Shown one piece after another: positions 60,890 through 64,000 of a stretch of DNA of 64,000 bases. Both the position numbers and the translations under genes were made by a program. Source of the stretch: Vitrella brassicaformis CCMP3155 (Eukaryota; Protista; Chromerida); NCBI GenBank assembly GCA_001179505.1, contig CDMY01000235.1:62001-126000 (forward strand). Reading direction: 5' to 3'. How positions within the stretch are numbered: the first letter of the stretch is position 1; each line of letters starts with the position of its first letter. The notes under the pieces were generated by a model. That model ran no database searches and was not told where the DNA came from. It saw nothing but the letters and a program-made list of their open reading frames with translations.

Positions 60890-62552
60890 TCAAAACAGCT
60901 GCACAGTGGGCACTGAGGTCCGCCTCGCAGGACCACCAGCGGGAGAAGCAGCAGCAGCAGCCTGCCATGCCAACCGCCTTATTGTATGGTTGTCGCAATC
61001 AGCAATGTACACTACCTCGCCCGACCCTCCTTCCCCCATGTCAGTGCAGACGTCAGACGGCCCGTCGAGCCCCGCCTTGTCGGCAGCCGTGCCGTCGGCA
61101 GCATCCCCCTCGCTGCCGGTCCCCGCAACCGTTGTGATGAAGGCTGTACCCACACAGAGAGACAGAGAGACGGAGAGACATGAGAGTCTCTCGTGGATGT
61201 TTTAGTTCCTCCATCGCACCTTCCTCCTTCTCCTTGAGTGTGACCATGCGCACGACAAAGTTGCGCCTGTCGGCTATGTAGAGACGACTGTCGTCGGCTG
61301 ACACGGCAACACCGGTTGGCTTCTGCAGCTCTGCTTCGTGTGCAGGACCTCCGTCTCCCGATAACCCGCCCTCCCCGCTCCCCGCAACAACAGACACCTC
61401 TCCTGCAGGTCCAGAGAGACATAAACATGAAAGTGTGTGTCTCCCTCCTTTACTAGTTGACAGATAATGCCGACCTGTTTTGGTGTTGACGGCCTTGATC
61501 TGATGGTTCAATTGGTCAGCCACATAGAGTGTGCTGCCTGTGCTGTTGAGTGCGACGCCCGTCGGGTATTGGAAAGTGGCAGCGATGCCTGACTCGGACT
61601 TGCTGAAGGCTCGTGAGGCCTTGGAGCCTTTCTTGGTCAGAGATGGACCGCTACCCGCCAAAGTACGCAGTCGACCTGTGCGGTGCACACAGAGGGAAGT
61701 AGAGGTAGGTGATGCACGCCAGATGAGGCCATTTGCATACCATTCTTGATATCGAGGCATCTGATTTTGTTGTTGTGGGAGTCTGAGACGTAGAGCAGAG
61801 CATTGTCAGCCGTGGCCACGAGGCCTGTCGGCCGCCTTAACAGGCACTGCATGGCCGGCCCCTCGTCTTTGCCCTCATCCTCAGACACACCGGCAATGCT
61901 GCGAATGGTCCCTGTACGAGAGCAGGCACATCACGCACATCAAGGCAGCCTTTTCGATGCCCACCTTCTCGCAGGTCGACTCGTCTGATTCTTTGATTCC
62001 TCGTGTCAGCTATGTAGAGCACATCAGCTGCTCGTGGGGGTGTAGACACGCCGTAGGGCCAGTATCTGGTGGCAAGGAATGCGCTCCTGATCTTGTGTAG
62101 TGTGTAACGGCCACAATCTGAATGGCCATATGGTTGCTTACAGGCGGCAACTGATGGCTCGACCCCCGTCGCCCTCGAATCCAGAGAGCCCGGTACCCAC
62201 GCACGAATGGATGGTGCCTGCAGCATATACAGACAGACAACAGAACGCAGTCACCAACATGAAACCCATACATGAGAAGCGCCTCCCCTACCACTCCCCC
62301 ACCAGTAGAAACGTCGACCACTCGGATGCGGCAATTGACCGTATCGGCGAGGAATATCCGCTTGTTGCCTCCCCCAGACACGGTGAGGCCGAAAGGCTGG
62401 CTCAGTTTCGCCTCGGTGGCCTTCCCCCCATCGCCGTAGAGGCCGTCTTCGCCGCATCCGGCGACTGTGTGTATCGTTCCGATGGGCACGCCGGCTGCTT
62501 TGTCGGTTCTAGTGGTGGTGCTGACGGGTGGGGGGCCTGTGCTGCTTTCCAT
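60890..62552 (-). CDS. NHL-repeat beta-propeller protein (six repeats, teneurin/bacterial G-x-G-DGG-x-A type)
   Basis: Six spliced repeats, e.g. GTIHTVAGCGEDGLYGDGGKATEAKLSQPFGL...IFLADTVNCRIRVVD, EVSVVAGSGEGGLSGDGGPAHEAELQKPTGVAV...LYIADRRNFVVR and FITTVAGTG...LDGPSDV...VYIADCDNHTIRRL. Confidence 0.9.
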
Positions 62553-62908
62553 TGGAAGTTGAGTGTCAACGGGTAGCTTCGAGGTCGGGAGGGAAGGGGT
62601 GGAATGGACAGAAACGCCTTGGCCAAGGCCAGGAATGGATAGCGCTCTCGACCTGTGCTTAGATTGGACTCACAGAGCGTTGTATTTCATCCGCCTTCTC
62701 TCTCTGTGTCCTGCCGTGCCGACATGTCTCGATAATGAGGGATGGAACTCATCTGAGCCCCAGCCCTCATTACCCCAGGCCGTCGACATGGAAAAGCACG
62801 GAGACAAGGAAAGCCACACAAAGCATGTTGCCACACAAACCACAAGCCTCCCACACGATCAGAACTTGCCACAAGCACCCCTATCTCTTCCTCTCCATCC
62901 GTCTATTC

Positions 62909-63967
62909 TCATCCCACATTCATGGCGGTGGACGCACTCGCCCCGACATCAAAAGCGTTCTTGGTGCCTGCAGGTGCACCCTTAGCAGCGCCACTAGAGG
63001 ATGCCCCCCCGCCACTCTTCACTCCACTAGCACCACCCGTAGTCGTCTGTGTCCTTGCTGTGCCGCTTGTGGCCCCTCCTGTCGGCGCCGCTCGCGTGCC
63101 GCTCTCCTTGGCCTGTGAGGGCGGCTGTGCGGGGGCCGGCCTGACGGGTGTTGGGGGGAGGAGGGGGATGATGTGAGCATTGAGCTCCTGCCAGGTGTGG
63201 ATGAGCAGCTGAGCGCGCTTGGTGACGTCGCTCTGCTGGCCTTCGATGGAGCTCGTCTCCTTCTCGAGTGTCTCGAGCTTGGCCTCTTGCTCTCTAATGG
63301 CCTTCTCGAGGTCGGGACGCACCTTGAGCGTGTTGATGTCGCGCGACAGGGCCTCGTAGTGCAACAGATCGATGCGCCGCCTCTTCTCGCGCTGGTAGTC
63401 CTCGCCGGCCTTCTCGAGCTGCTGCGTGAGGTCGCGTGTGCGCTTGGCGGCATCGTCGCTGTTGGTGGTGCGGTCCTCGGTCTCCTTGCCGAAAATGGTG
63501 AGGCGGAAGGCGCATCGCTTGAAGGCCATCTCGCAGTAGTCGAAACATCTCTCCAGATCCTCATAGTTGCTCTTCCATGACTGCACGACATGGACAGTCT
63601 ACACACGAGGTGCACTACATGTACGTTAATAAGTTTTCCTGTCCTTGCCTGTCCTGCTGACCTTGAGGGCTGCCTCAACTTCCAGCTTCTCTTGGTCGGA
63701 CACCGGTGGCGTGTTGGGATGCCAGCTCGATGCACCCCTCTGCGACGGCAGCAGGGAGCAGCCCGCCACCACAAACCGCTTCAGATACTCCCTGCCGCCT
63801 TGGCTCTCGTCCCACATGATCTCGTCCTTGACCGCATTCTGCCTGCTGATGCCGCGGTCCTCCTCGGTGTGCACCTTTGGCGGTGCCGGCGCCTTCTTAT
63901 GCTCGCGGTCTCTCCGCATTGCGGGAGCCTCCTTGAGGCGCTGGTGCGGGGCGTGAGCGCTGTCCAT
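62909..63967 (-). CDS. THO complex subunit 7 (THOC7/Mft1)-like coiled-coil protein; the start may lie beyond the window
   Basis: LERCFDYCEMAFKR...LEKAGEDYQREKRRRIDLLHYEALSRDINTLKVRPDLEKAIREQEAKLETLEKE...KRAQLLIHTWQEL fits the THOC7 pattern R.N..EY..LA..I...P.R..T...L..L..EL..L...Q...L.....EL. Confidence 0.7.
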
Positions 63968-64000
63968 CGAGCTGGCGGGGGCAGGCCGCCACGAGCTGCT

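Noticed and set aside
1-64000. tRNA, rRNA, CRISPR arrays, intact retrotransposon or DNA transposon ORFs
   Set aside because: None recognised by eye. No RT, integrase or transposase motifs were seen. tRNAscan-SE, Infernal and RepeatModeler would be needed to exclude small RNAs and non-autonomous elements.

Overview
Eukaryotic, GC-rich, intron-dense DNA with short GT-AG introns full of (AC)n, (ACAG)n, (TG)n and (TGTC)n microsatellites. The style suggests a chromerid alveolate such as Vitrella, which is inference only. No rRNA, tRNA, CRISPR array or intact transposon was recognised. I reconstructed about 14 multi-exon genes by hand. In order they encode: a 5'-partial coiled-coil protein, a secreted Cys-rich mosaic protein with two PAN/apple-like domains, a kinesin-7 (CENP-E)-like motor, an RNF115/126-like RING-H2 ligase, a type II membrane GH16 glycoside hydrolase, a type I membrane protein with three W-x-K-x-C modules, a very large Nup188-like nucleoporin, a maleate isomerase/arylmalonate decarboxylase-family protein, a SURNod19-family secreted protein, a small anchored coiled-coil protein, IFT46, a TcdA/TCD1-like dehydratase, an unknown multipass membrane protein, a six-repeat NHL propeller and a THOC7-like protein. 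The window also holds two decayed genes (kinase/NTPase fragments and an SLC4 bicarbonate transporter), a degenerate ~300-bp tandem array, and a 706-bp duplication flanking a 300-N gap. Three observations stand out. (1) Many introns are AC-rich at the 5' end and complementary GT-rich at the 3' end, which could form splice-site-bridging hairpins. (2) The bacterial-type racemase-fold gene has five introns but lacks both canonical catalytic cysteines. (3) The triple W-x-K-x-C surface protein has no function I can name. Exon boundaries are manual and approximate, and no database searches were run.
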